A DNA stretch of 47,959 nt from Armatimonadia bacterium. Its GTDB lineage: Bacteria > Armatimonadota > Zipacnadia > Zipacnadales > UBA11051. Within the stretch, counting starts at the first letter, position 1. Each line of letters starts with the position of its first letter. Under the pieces are notes generated by a model. It did not search any database, was not told where the DNA came from, and was given only the letters and a program-made list of their open reading frames with translations. The stretch is taken from NCBI GenBank assembly GCA_039683575.1, contig JBDKRC010000063.1, positions 1-47,959 of the forward strand. The letters are read 5' to 3'. The translations under genes were made by a program, and so were the position numbers. Below, in pieces: positions 19,128 through 27,922 of this stretch.

Positions 19128-21608
19128 CTACGCCTGCGGCCCCCCTAACCCAAACAGCGGCCTCGCCACACCGTCGGCGCCTACCTCATACGGCAACCAT
19201 CCGAGCCCGAAAGCGGCGACCTCCAACTCGTTCTTGCGAGGCCTGATCCCCAGTTCCGCCACGACGTATTCCGCCGGAGACTGCCGTGCCTCGAACGCGG
19301 TGATTTCAGCCGCCAACTCATTTTCCAAAGCCGCCAACTCCGCCTGCTGCTCTTCGAGCGTACCCTCCGCCCGGCCCACCTCTCCCTTCTCCCGCATGGA
19401 ACGCCCCGCGCCGCGCAAGGAACTACCCGCGCGGCTGACGGTGCGCTGGCTGACCAGCTTCCTCCCAAACAGCGCTCCCACCAATGTGGTCCCCACCGAA
19501 AGCGTGGTCTGCAGTACCTGCTGCCCGTACTCGGCCTTCTCGCGCTCCAGCCGCTCTTCGGTCCGCCTGATGCGATCTTGGAGGGCCTCTACCTGCGCGG
19601 CGTACTTGTCGCGCAGCTTCTGCACCGCCAGGTCGCGCTGCTCGCGCGCCATGTGGTCCAGCCTGCCCCGGAAGGCCCCCTCATTCTCATCAGGCCGCGA
19701 GACCGCCTTCATGCTGGCGCACTGCCGCAGCACCAGCGGAGAGCGCTGGTAGACGAAATCCTCGAAGACCCCTTGCCATTTGGGATAGCTCGCCGCCGCT
19801 GCCAACTCCCCACTCACCGGTTCCAGGTCCGCCGGTCCTGATGGCGGTTGCGGCTGAAGGGTCGCGACCTGCAGGCTGAGCACCTGCGCGGCCTCCCACG
19901 ACGGCCCCTCTCCAGGGGGCGGGGGCTGCGCCGCCAGCACCAGCTCTCTCCAGAAATCCACGCCCGCCGTCACGCGGATGTAGTGCAGCCGGGCTGCACC
20001 CAGCATTGTGGGCTTGTATAGCAGCCGCGCCCCCGCTGAGACGGGAGAGGCCGCTGGTACAAAGAACTGGCGTACCTCAGGAGCCACGACCTGGGGCTTC
20101 GCAGGCGGCGGCGTTGGCACTGGAGCCGAGGCCGGAGCAACCTCCGCGGCGGTCGCAGGCGGGACCGCGGCGACAGGCGCTGCCTGGGGAGTCAGGCTGT
20201 GGATCTGGGCCAGGGTCAGCGGCCCGCGCAGGTACGATAGCGTCCAGCGCGTCTGGAACACCGCCGGCTGCTGTTCGTGGATGTTGTGCATGAGAAAGAC
20301 GCGCTTGCCCAGGCTGGATATGATCTGGTCAAGATGCTCCCGGCTGAACCCCAGTTGGGTTGATGCGGCAACGCCCTCCAGCCCGTCGAGCAGCCTCTGT
20401 TTGTCGCGGTCGGTCTGCAGGCGGCCAATGAACCATGTGCCCGCGTTCGCCAGCCCCTTGTAGTCGAGGTCAACCGGGTTCTGGGTAGCCAGCAGAATGC
20501 CGAGCCCATACGCGCGGGCCTGCTTGAGCAACGTGAGCATCGGTCGCTTGGCGGGCGGCGTCGCGATGGGCGGGAAGTACCCGTACACCTCGTCCATGTA
20601 CAGCACCGCCCGCAGGCTGGAGGTACCGGGCTGACGGCGCACCCAGGACAGCACCTCGTTGAGCAGTAGTGTCACAAAGAACATCCGCTCCGCGTCAGAC
20701 AGGTGGGCGAGTGAGAGCACCGAAATCCGCGCCCGGCCGTCCGGCGCGTAGAGCAGGCGCTGAGCGTCCAGTGGGTCACCGGTAAGCCAGGGGGCAAAGC
20801 CGGGCGAGGCCAGAAGATTGTTGAGACTGATGGCAAGTTCGAAGCGTTCTTTGGCCGGGTAGACGGCCTCGAGGTCGAGCACCCCGATCTTGTCGAAGGC
20901 GGGGGTTTGGATGCCTGCGATGAGCCCGGCCAGGTCCATGTTACGCCCCTGGCTCCACGCCTCGCGCAGGATGTTCGAGAGCAGGATGTGCTCGCGGCTG
21001 CGCACCGGGTCGGCCTCGATGCCCAGGAGCGCGAGCAGGCCGGAGACGGCAGACTCGATTCGGTCTCCCATCGCCTCAGCGTCCGCAGCCAGTTCCGGTG
21101 GAGGCGCATCGAAGGAGTGCAGCACATTCAGCGGCGTGCCGGAGGTACTGCCGGGGGTGTAGAGAACGACCTCGGCGGCAGCCCTCAGACGGGCAATGCG
21201 CTCCCCGTTTTGCCCCCACTCCGCCAACCCCTCGCGCCACTGCTGGGCGGTCTGCGCCGCAAACTCATCCGGCGTCACTCCCGCCCGCGCCGCCTCCTCC
21301 TCGTCCACCCACGGCCTGAAGTCCTCAGGTGCGAGGTTGGGAAAAGTCAGCAGCAGGTTGCCCAGATCGCCCTTGGGGTCGATCACGATGGAGGGAATGC
21401 CGTCAATCGCGGCTTCCTCGAGCAGCGCCACACACAGCCCGGTCTTGCCGCTACCCGTCATCCCCACGCAAACGCCGTGGGTGGTGAGGTCTGGGGCGTC
21501 GTACAGGAAGAGGTCGTCCAGGAGCTTGCGCTCCGGCAGGAGCTTGGGCTCCTGAAGGTCGTAGGTGCGACCGAGGTAAAATGAGCCCAGTTTCTCGAAA
21601 TCCTGCAT
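19128..21608 (-). CDS. HerA/FtsK-superfamily P-loop ATPase (DUF87/DUF853-like) with a C-terminal coiled coil
   Basis: HGVCVGMTGSGKT Walker A; IDPKGD; LYMDE Walker B; LLKQARAYG; LATQNP; start MQDFEK chosen by family pattern. Confidence 0.9.
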   Translation of the reverse strand: MQDFEKLGSFYLGRTYDLQEPKLLPERKLLDDLFLYDAPDLTTHGVCVGMTGSGKTGLCVALLEEAAIDGIPSIVIDPKGDLGNLLLTFPNLAPEDFRPWVDEEEAARAGVTPDEFAAQTAQQWREGLAEWGQNGERIARLRAAAEVVLYTPGSTSGTPLNVLHSFDAPPPELAADAEAMGDRIESAVSGLLALLGIEADPVRSREHILLSNILREAWSQGRNMDLAGLIAGIQTPAFDKIGVLDLEAVYPAKERFELAISLNNLLASPGFAPWLTGDPLDAQRLLYAPDGRARISVLSLAHLSDAERMFFVTLLLNEVLSWVRRQPGTSSLRAVLYMDEVYGYFPPIATPPAKRPMLTLLKQARAYGLGILLATQNPVDLDYKGLANAGTWFIGRLQTDRDKQRLLDGLEGVAASTQLGFSREHLDQIISSLGKRVFLMHNIHEQQPAVFQTRWTLSYLRGPLTLAQIHSLTPQAAPVAAVPPATAAEVAPASAPVPTPPPAKPQVVAPEVRQFFVPAASPVSAGARLLYKPTMLGAARLHYIRVTAGVDFWRELVLAAQPPPPGEGPSWEAAQVLSLQVATLQPQPPSGPADLEPVSGELAAAASYPKWQGVFEDFVYQRSPLVLRQCASMKAVSRPDENEGAFRGRLDHMAREQRDLAVQKLRDKYAAQVEALQDRIRRTEERLEREKAEYGQQVLQTTLSVGTTLVGALFGRKLVSQRTVSRAGSSLRGAGRSMREKGEVGRAEGTLEEQQAELAALENELAAEITAFEARQSPAEYVVAELGIRPRKNELEVAAFGLGWLPYEVGADGVARPLFGLGGPQA

Positions 21609-21746
21609 GCTTGAGCAGTCCTTCCGGTAAGGCTCGCGGATTTCAACCATTAGCGAGTCGGCGATACGCTCTCGCTCCGGCTAATTCGACGGACGAAATC
21701 ATGCGTCAGGGGTTCGACTTGGGGGCGCTATGGGGACGGCCTGCCA

Positions 21747-22400
21747 TCAAACACAGGTCTTGTAGACGAACGCGTTTCCCTTCTTCCCGACCTTCTCGAT
21801 CACTCCCATCGTCCGCAGGGCGTACGCCATCTTCCCGGCCAGCGCCTTCCGCACCCCACCTGTGACCAGATCCCGCACCGTAAACTCCTCAGGCAGCCCC
21901 TCGGGCAATAACCCCAGGAATTGCCGCGTCTCCTCGAACCGCTGCGCCTCGACCACCTCCACCAGCTCCCGCCCGACGAGTGACACGCCCTTGCGCCGCC
22001 AGCTCCCCGCCCCGTCATCGCAACGCAACTCCCGCTCCCGGGTCACGATCACCTCAATTGACAGCCGCTTGCGCGCCAGCAGGTCTGCCACCCGCAGCAC
22101 CTCACCAAACAAATCCGCCACCGCCCCCCGCTTCGGCGACCGCCGCGCCCGCAACTCCCGCCCCTCCGTATCCACATGCACGATGGTCTTCTCGCACGCC
22201 ACCGGGTACACCAACACCACCCGCCGGTGCCGGGTCAGCGCCTCCAGCTTCCGGCGGATCGCCCCAAACGACCCGGTCTGGATCTCGTAGATGACCCCCT
22301 CTCGCAGCACATCCGCACGATAGCCGCGCAGCGGCACCTCAACCTCCCCGTCATCTCCGGCGTAATACTGCTGCAAAGCTAAGTGCAATTCAGTCGGCAT
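21747..22400 (-). CDS. Conserved hypothetical protein with a PD-(D/E)XK-like fold (E..D..EIQT) and a C-terminal winged helix
   Basis: LH..L...Y, EV...GY.AD, YEIQT motifs; GKKGNAFVY tail. Confidence 0.8.
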   Translation of the reverse strand: MPTELHLALQQYYAGDDGEVEVPLRGYRADVLREGVIYEIQTGSFGAIRRKLEALTRHRRVVLVYPVACEKTIVHVDTEGRELRARRSPKRGAVADLFGEVLRVADLLARKRLSIEVIVTRERELRCDDGAGSWRRKGVSLVGRELVEVVEAQRFEETRQFLGLLPEGLPEEFTVRDLVTGGVRKALAGKMAYALRTMGVIEKVGKKGNAFVYKTCV

Positions 22401-22438
22401 GCCACAATATTCCCGCCGTACCCCGACACCCCCTCCCT

Positions 22439-22463
22439 CGCGTAGTGCGGGCGTCTCGCCCGC
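22439..22463 (+). repeat. REP copy (GTAGTGCGGGCGTCTCGCCCGC)
   Basis: Identical core to the copies at 12264, 30854 and 37108. Confidence 0.9.
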
Positions 22464-22472
22464 TCAGACCCT

Positions 22473-25109
22473 TCAGGACACACAAACCTCCTCCCGCGGC
22501 AAGTTCAGCAGCAACCCGTGCTTGGGCACCGTCACCAGCAGTTCCTTCGGATCAAGGTGGGGGAGAGCCCGCGCCAGCTTCGCGCAAAGCCTGCTACGGT
22601 GCGAGTACACCTGCGCCGGCTCCGCCAGCACCTCCCCGTCCCACATCCGGTCATACAGCCGCTCGTACCGCACGCACTTACCCGCGCTCTCGGCCAGCAC
22701 CCGCAGCAGCCGGAACTCCGCGGGCCGCAGGGACACTGCTGTCCCGTAGAAGAGCGCCCGGTCCGGCCGGTCGTCGCTAACCACCAGTGCCGGCCCGTCC
22801 TCCGCCACCTCCGGCGTCGCCTGCGCCGCCTCGGGCTTGCGGCACTCAGCCACCGCCGCGACAGGAGCTACCTCCTCCACACCCGCCACAGACCGTTCCC
22901 GCACCCGCTGTCGTCCCACGCCCGCGCACCGTTCCCAAAGCCCGCGCGCCGCCTCCTCCGAGACCACCTCAGCCAACCTCTCAAGCCCTGCCGCCATCAC
23001 CTCTGCCTTACTCGCGATACCCTCCCGCACCAACCGTCGCACATGGTCGCGCCCCACGCCGAAGGCCTTGAGCCGCCCCAGCGCCAGTTCCTCCGGCCTC
23101 AGCCCCAGCGCCTGGCACTCCGCCTGCACCCGCAACCGCCGGCACGCCTCCTGCGCCCACCCCAGTTCCGCCCCGATCTCGCTCAGCGTCTCCACCAGCC
23201 ATCCCACTGTCTCGCCCAGCGCCGCCAGCCGCGCCGCAGGCACCCGCACCGCCGCCTCGACCTCATGCGTCTCCTCCGGCCCCGTCCACCGCTGCAAGGC
23301 CATCGTCAGCCCCGCCGCCCGCTCCCGCGCCCGCCACTCAAGCTGCTCCGTCGTCAATAGCCCCTCCAGCAGCGCCCCCTCCTGGTTCAACTCCTCCGCC
23401 AGCGCCCGCACCGCCTCGAGGTTGCTTCCCCGGCCGCCCGTATACACCACTTCCTGGGCCTCCGCCGTCATGGCCGCCAGCAGCGTCGCCTCCAGGTTGG
23501 TCGGCGGCCTGTCCGCCTGTCGCGCCCACTCCAGCAGCCACGAGAACGTCTCAAACCGCACTCCGCTGCCCGCCGCCACTCGTCCCAACGCCGTCGTGCG
23601 CAGCGTCCCGTCCGCCAACTCCCGCATCAGCCCCCGCTGCAGGCACAGCTTCCGCGCCTGCTCGACCTCGGCCGGCAGTTCCGAGCCTCTAAGGTACGCT
23701 GTGAAGGTCTGCCCGTACACCTCCGCCAGCGTCCGTCCACTCCCGCTGTGTACCCCCGGCGCCAAGTTCAGCGCCATCTGCAGCGGCGGCACACCCTCCA
23801 GCGGCGGCTGCGGCGCCTCAAACTGCGCCTCCAGATACCGCGCCACCAGCGCGCTCCGCGCCAGCTCGCAATCCGCCAGCATTATCCCCCGACCAAACTC
23901 GTTGCGCACGTCGGCGTGCGCCTGCCCCAGCCTCCCCGCCCGCCCGACCCGGTTCTCAAACTCTCCGCGGCTGATGGGGGATAGGGCAGAGGGCGCCCCC
24001 GCAGTCTCCGCCTGCCACCCCTGCGGGTCAATGATGACATTCTGCGCGGGCAGGTTAACCCCCATCGCCAGGGTCGGCGTGCAGCAGAGCGCCTTGATCC
24101 GCCCCTCCGCAAACGCTCTCTCTACCGCCTTGCGGTCCTCAAACTGCAGGTCCGCCGTGTGCGCCGCCACGCCGCAGTTCATCAGCCGCCCCAACTGCTC
24201 CCGCATGGCCGTCGTCTCCAGCCCCTCCAACCCACCCACCTCCGCGCCCTCGCCCCCCAGCCCCTCCGCGATCATGCCCGCCAGCCGCATTGCCGCCGAC
24301 CGGTCGCGCACGAAGACAATCGTCGCTTCGCCCTTGCTCACAAAGTGCAGCGTCAGCCTCGCCGCCGCCTCCAGAAAGCTCTGCCCCTCTTCGGGGCCCC
24401 CGCCCTCAAAGCTCTCCTCCGCCCATCCGCCACTCTCGGTCCGGTAGCGAAATACATCGCCCACCAGTACACCCTTGCGCAGCTCCACTGGCCGCTGCAT
24501 CGTCTCCACCCACTCCGCGCCGAGATACTCCGCCAGCCGTGACGACGTCCCCAGACATGCCGACAGCCCCACGATCTGCACGCCCGCCATGCGCCGCAGC
24601 TCCGCCAGCACCAGCTCCAGGCAAGCCCCGCGTTCCGGCTCGCCGAGCGTCTGCAACTCGTCAACGACCGCCACACCCAGGAACTGTGACACCCCCGACC
24701 GCCCCCACAGCGCTCGCACCTTTTCCGGCACCGCCAGCGCGATGTCAAAGTCCCCGGAAGTGAACCGCCGGTCATCGGCCCGCCGGTCCCGCGTGCTCAC
24801 AATCACCCGCATCCCCAGCGGCTCATACAAACGCCGGAAATGCTCGTACTTGTCTTCGGCCAGCGCCTTGGTGGGCACCAGGTACAGCACCTTCCGCCCC
24901 GCCAGCGCCGCCCGTGTCGCCGCCATCTCCCCGATGAACGTCTTCCCGGAACTCGTCGGCGCCTGCACCACCACACTCTGGCCCGCCAGAATGCGATGCT
25001 GCACTACCGCACGTTCCTGCAGTGGCAGCAGTTCCTGACCATATTCCCGCTCCCACACCGCCAGCAATTCCCGCGGTACGCCGAACGCTTCCATCGAGCT
25101 GATGCGCAA
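22473..25109 (-). CDS. Ski2/Hel308-like SF2 DEAD/DEAH-box helicase fused to a C-terminal OmpR/PhoB-type winged HTH
   Basis: LLPLQ, APTSSGKT, VPTKALA, DELQ, GLSA, TPTLAMGVNLP, GRAGR; HhH GVGR..VRRL; tail L.PAEFRLL..LA...G......L...W...VYSH.SRL..KL....TVPKHG; TTG start chosen after GGGGAG. Confidence 0.9.
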   Translation of the reverse strand: MRISSMEAFGVPRELLAVWEREYGQELLPLQERAVVQHRILAGQSVVVQAPTSSGKTFIGEMAATRAALAGRKVLYLVPTKALAEDKYEHFRRLYEPLGMRVIVSTRDRRADDRRFTSGDFDIALAVPEKVRALWGRSGVSQFLGVAVVDELQTLGEPERGACLELVLAELRRMAGVQIVGLSACLGTSSRLAEYLGAEWVETMQRPVELRKGVLVGDVFRYRTESGGWAEESFEGGGPEEGQSFLEAAARLTLHFVSKGEATIVFVRDRSAAMRLAGMIAEGLGGEGAEVGGLEGLETTAMREQLGRLMNCGVAAHTADLQFEDRKAVERAFAEGRIKALCCTPTLAMGVNLPAQNVIIDPQGWQAETAGAPSALSPISRGEFENRVGRAGRLGQAHADVRNEFGRGIMLADCELARSALVARYLEAQFEAPQPPLEGVPPLQMALNLAPGVHSGSGRTLAEVYGQTFTAYLRGSELPAEVEQARKLCLQRGLMRELADGTLRTTALGRVAAGSGVRFETFSWLLEWARQADRPPTNLEATLLAAMTAEAQEVVYTGGRGSNLEAVRALAEELNQEGALLEGLLTTEQLEWRARERAAGLTMALQRWTGPEETHEVEAAVRVPAARLAALGETVGWLVETLSEIGAELGWAQEACRRLRVQAECQALGLRPEELALGRLKAFGVGRDHVRRLVREGIASKAEVMAAGLERLAEVVSEEAARGLWERCAGVGRQRVRERSVAGVEEVAPVAAVAECRKPEAAQATPEVAEDGPALVVSDDRPDRALFYGTAVSLRPAEFRLLRVLAESAGKCVRYERLYDRMWDGEVLAEPAQVYSHRSRLCAKLARALPHLDPKELLVTVPKHGLLLNLPREEVCVS

Positions 25110-25138
25110 AGTGATCTCTCCCCTCACAAAGCCTCCGC

Positions 25139-25168
25139 ATGATACTCGAACGCGCGTTCGAGATCAAC
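25139..25168 (-). promoter_or_regulatory. Sigma-70 promoter TTGATC-N17-TATCAT with a LexA (Cheo-type) box CGAAC-GCGC-GTTCG in the spacer
   Basis: Perfect 18-bp palindrome CTCGAACGCGCGTTCGAG at 25145-25162, between -35 and -10 hexamers at 17-nt spacing. Confidence 0.85.
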
Positions 25169-25409
25169 AAGAAGATGAAGCTTTTGCACTAATCTTGCGC
25201 CGCCCGTGACGCTTTTGCCGGGGTATTCACCGCACAATCGTGCCCTCAGGCAAACGCGCCATTCGCCTCCGGCCAGGGTAATCAAGAAAGTGACACGGTT
25301 CTCGCAGCATTGAGATGTCTTTGAGGAGATGTTGCGGCGGAGTTGCTAAGCGAAGTTTATATTGCCGCTGCCTCGGTGCTAGGTTTCTTCAAGCAACACA
25401 ACGGGGGCC

Positions 25410-25667
25410 GTGAAGATGGTTCATTGTGTTGAACGGCTTGTGAACAGGCTTGCCATTGAACTCGACGGATCGGCGAGCGATGTCCGCCGCACTCACGCGG
25501 ATTTCTGCGAGACCTTCGATGAAATGCTGTCCAGCCTCGAGAGAGTCCGCACCGAAGCCCACACTGAACAGGATTGCGCCTTCCATCTCTGGCAGGCAAG
25601 TCGCGCCGCATACGCCTCGCGGCGGTTGCTAGACCAGTTGATGACGGCGTGTGAGAGAATCTCCTGA
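25410..25667 (+). CDS. Small helical hypothetical protein
   Basis: 85-aa ORF in an otherwise empty gap, followed by a hairpin; no recognisable motif. Confidence 0.55.
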   Translation: MKMVHCVERLVNRLAIELDGSASDVRRTHADFCETFDEMLSSLERVRTEAHTEQDCAFHLWQASRAAYASRRLLDQLMTACERIS

Positions 25668-25692
25668 CAGCGGTCGGGGGAGGGTAAAGCGA

Positions 25693-25724
25693 AGAGCGGG
25701 GCCCCCTAGGTCAGGGCCCCGCTC
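25693..25724. terminator. Hairpin between convergent genes
   Basis: AGAGCGGGGCCC...GGGCCCCGCTCT. Confidence 0.7.
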
Positions 25725-25749
25725 TGCCATTTACTGCCATTGTGTCTGC

Positions 25750-25778
25750 CGCGTAGGTGGGTTCGTCCCCGAACCCAC
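25750..25778 (+). repeat. REP copy of a third family (GTAGGTGGGTTCGTC.CGAACCCAC)
   Basis: Same element as the copies at 26660-26772. Confidence 0.9.
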
Positions 25779-25783
25779 AACCG

Positions 25784-26641
25784 CTACCCCTCCGCCAACT
25801 CCGCCTTAACCCTCTTCAGATACTGATACGTCTGCGCCGCCAGCGCGTCAATCAGCTCCGGGATCATCTCCGCCTTCTTGAACATCCCCTCAAACCGCTC
25901 CACCACCACCGGCCCCTCAAACCCGTGCGGCTTCAGCGCTTCCAGCATCGCCTTGTGGTCCACATCCCCTGCTCCCGGCACCGGGAAGACCGGGTTGGCC
26001 CGCAGACCGACGTGGTCCTTGACGCAGATCGCCTTGACCATCTCCGCGCAGTCCTTGATATCCAGCGCCGGGTCGAGGCCTTCGTAGAAATGCACATTTC
26101 CGCCGTCGTAGCACACCTGCACCTGCGGCGACGCGACCCGCTCGATCGTCGCCCGCAGCACATTGCCGTACGCCGTCAGCCCTGTATGCGGCTTGAGTGT
26201 GATCAGCATCCCGATCTCCTCGGCCCGCTTCGCCACCGGCTTCATCGCCTCAAACCACTCGTCACACATCCCCCGCCACTGCGCCAGCCCGAACTTCTTC
26301 CCGGGCCACACTTCATACTCCCACGGCCCCCACGCCAGCACACACTCGGCCCCAAGCACCTTCGCCTCCTCCAGCCGCTTCATCCACAGGTCAGCCCCTC
26401 CCTCGACCGTGACCCCGCCACCCGGCATGAACATCATCACGGTCTGCAGCCCCGCCCCCTCAACCAGCCGCTTCACTTCCTGCAGTTCCGCCTCAGTCGA
26501 TTCCGGCCCCAAGACCTCCCCGCCCGCATGCTTCCCATACAAACAGACATACTCATACCCCGCCCGCGCAATCCCCTCCAAGGCCCGTGACAGCGGCAAT
26601 TCCGAGTACGGCAGCGTCTGACAACCAATCTTGAAGTTCAT
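25784..26641 (-). CDS. Sugar phosphate isomerase/epimerase (xylose-isomerase-like TIM barrel)
   Basis: KPH, YDGGN, CVKDH, PGAG.VD, GF.GP..VE motifs; start MNFKIG. Confidence 0.9.
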   Translation of the reverse strand: MNFKIGCQTLPYSELPLSRALEGIARAGYEYVCLYGKHAGGEVLGPESTEAELQEVKRLVEGAGLQTVMMFMPGGGVTVEGGADLWMKRLEEAKVLGAECVLAWGPWEYEVWPGKKFGLAQWRGMCDEWFEAMKPVAKRAEEIGMLITLKPHTGLTAYGNVLRATIERVASPQVQVCYDGGNVHFYEGLDPALDIKDCAEMVKAICVKDHVGLRANPVFPVPGAGDVDHKAMLEALKPHGFEGPVVVERFEGMFKKAEMIPELIDALAAQTYQYLKRVKAELAEG

Positions 26642-26659
26642 GCTAATCTCCCTCGATAT

Positions 26660-26772
26660 CGCGTAGGTGGGTTCGTCCCGAACCCACTCTTCATGCCACG
26701 CGTAGGTGGGTTCGTCTCGAACCCACATCACCGATCAAGCAGGTGTGGGTTCGAGACGAACCCACCTACGCG
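26660..26772. repeat. Three REP copies, two direct and one inverted, forming a REP doublet
   Basis: CGCGTAGGTGGGTTCGTCYCGAACCCAC at ~26660 and ~26699; reverse complement at ~26745-26772. Confidence 0.92.
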
Positions 26773-26780
26773 GCCTTTCC

Positions 26781-27758
26781 CTATAACTCCCCCGCCACCA
26801 CAACCTTCCCAGTCCGCATCGAGACCTTCGCCGCCTCCAACAGCGCCATCGTCCGCCGCACGTTCTTCCCCGACGCCTCCGGCTCGCGGCCCTCGCGTAT
26901 CGCCGCCCCGAACTCCGCGATCTGTTCCTTCATCCCGCCGCCCTCCGGCAGCGGCAGGTCAAACCGCTCCTCATTGAGCATCACCGCCTCAGTCGCGATG
27001 TTCAGCGCGCCCCCGGTTCCTGTGATGATGCAGTCCCACGCGCCCCACGGGCAGTTCAGAGTGTGAAGCTGCGTCGCGAATCCGCCGTTCGACAGCCCGA
27101 ACAGGATCGAGATCTCGTCGAAGTCCCTCCAATGCGGGTTGTTCATCTCCCCGCGCGCATACACCTCGGTCGCCTCCGACCCGGTCAGAAACAGTACCGT
27201 GTCCGCTTCATGTGACCCGAAGCCGTACAGCGTCCAGCCGCCCGCCTTCTTGGGGTCCGCCGACCACGGCGCGCGCGGGTACTCCGTGCACAGGCTGTAC
27301 CGCCGGCGGATGACCTGCTTCACTTCGCCGATGGCCCCGCTCGCGATAAGCTCCCGCGCCTTCAGGTTAGCAGGACGGAAGCGCAGCACCTGGCCGATCA
27401 TCAGCACTGTTCCCGCGGCCTCCGCCGCCGCGATCATTGCGTCCGCATCCTCCAGCGAGGTCGCCATCGGCTTTTCGCACAACACATGCACCCCGGCCTC
27501 GGCCGCAGCCGTCGCAGCCATCCGGTGCAGGTGGTGGGGGAGACAGACATCAACCGCATCTACACCGACCTTGAGGGTGTCGTGGCAGTCGTCGAACGCT
27601 TGAGGTACGCCATACTCCTGCGCTGCCGCCAGCGCCCGCGTCATGTCCACATCGCAGACCGCAACCAGCTCAAACTCCGGCAACTGCGCGATTGCCTTCA
27701 AGTGGCTCTGCGCAATCCCGCCGCAGCCGATCAAGCCCAACCTGATCCGTTCGGCCAT
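26781..27758 (-). CDS. Gfo/Idh/MocA family oxidoreductase
   Basis: GLIGCGGIA Rossmann motif; HVLCEKPMA; GG....GSHE.D; GGAGG upstream. Confidence 0.95.
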   Translation of the reverse strand: MAERIRLGLIGCGGIAQSHLKAIAQLPEFELVAVCDVDMTRALAAAQEYGVPQAFDDCHDTLKVGVDAVDVCLPHHLHRMAATAAAEAGVHVLCEKPMATSLEDADAMIAAAEAAGTVLMIGQVLRFRPANLKARELIASGAIGEVKQVIRRRYSLCTEYPRAPWSADPKKAGGWTLYGFGSHEADTVLFLTGSEATEVYARGEMNNPHWRDFDEISILFGLSNGGFATQLHTLNCPWGAWDCIITGTGGALNIATEAVMLNEERFDLPLPEGGGMKEQIAEFGAAIREGREPEASGKNVRRTMALLEAAKVSMRTGKVVVAGEL

Positions 27759-27922
27759 TCGAAACCTCCCTCTGCGCGTGGCAGGCATGCTCCGCATGCC
27801 GGAACATGTGACATGGAGGGGCCGAATACCGGCAGCCTCACCGCCGGTATCCGGCCCGCCGCTATGCCCTCACAAGGTCCGGATGCACGATACGGCCGTG
27901 CCTTCTGCCCCTCCGGTCTCTC

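Noticed and set aside
21690-21746. Sigma-H-like promoter before the HerA-like gene
   Set aside because: GCAGG and GTCGAAC are 21 nt apart rather than 16, so it does not fit the motif
10433-24447. Long alternative-frame ORFs (e.g. 10433-11752, 14883-16352, 22837-24447)
   Set aside because: Antisense shadows of real genes, expected in high-GC DNA; no motifs
26642-26731. N-terminal WVRDEPTYA repeats on the isomerase ORF
   Set aside because: Translated REP copies upstream of the true start
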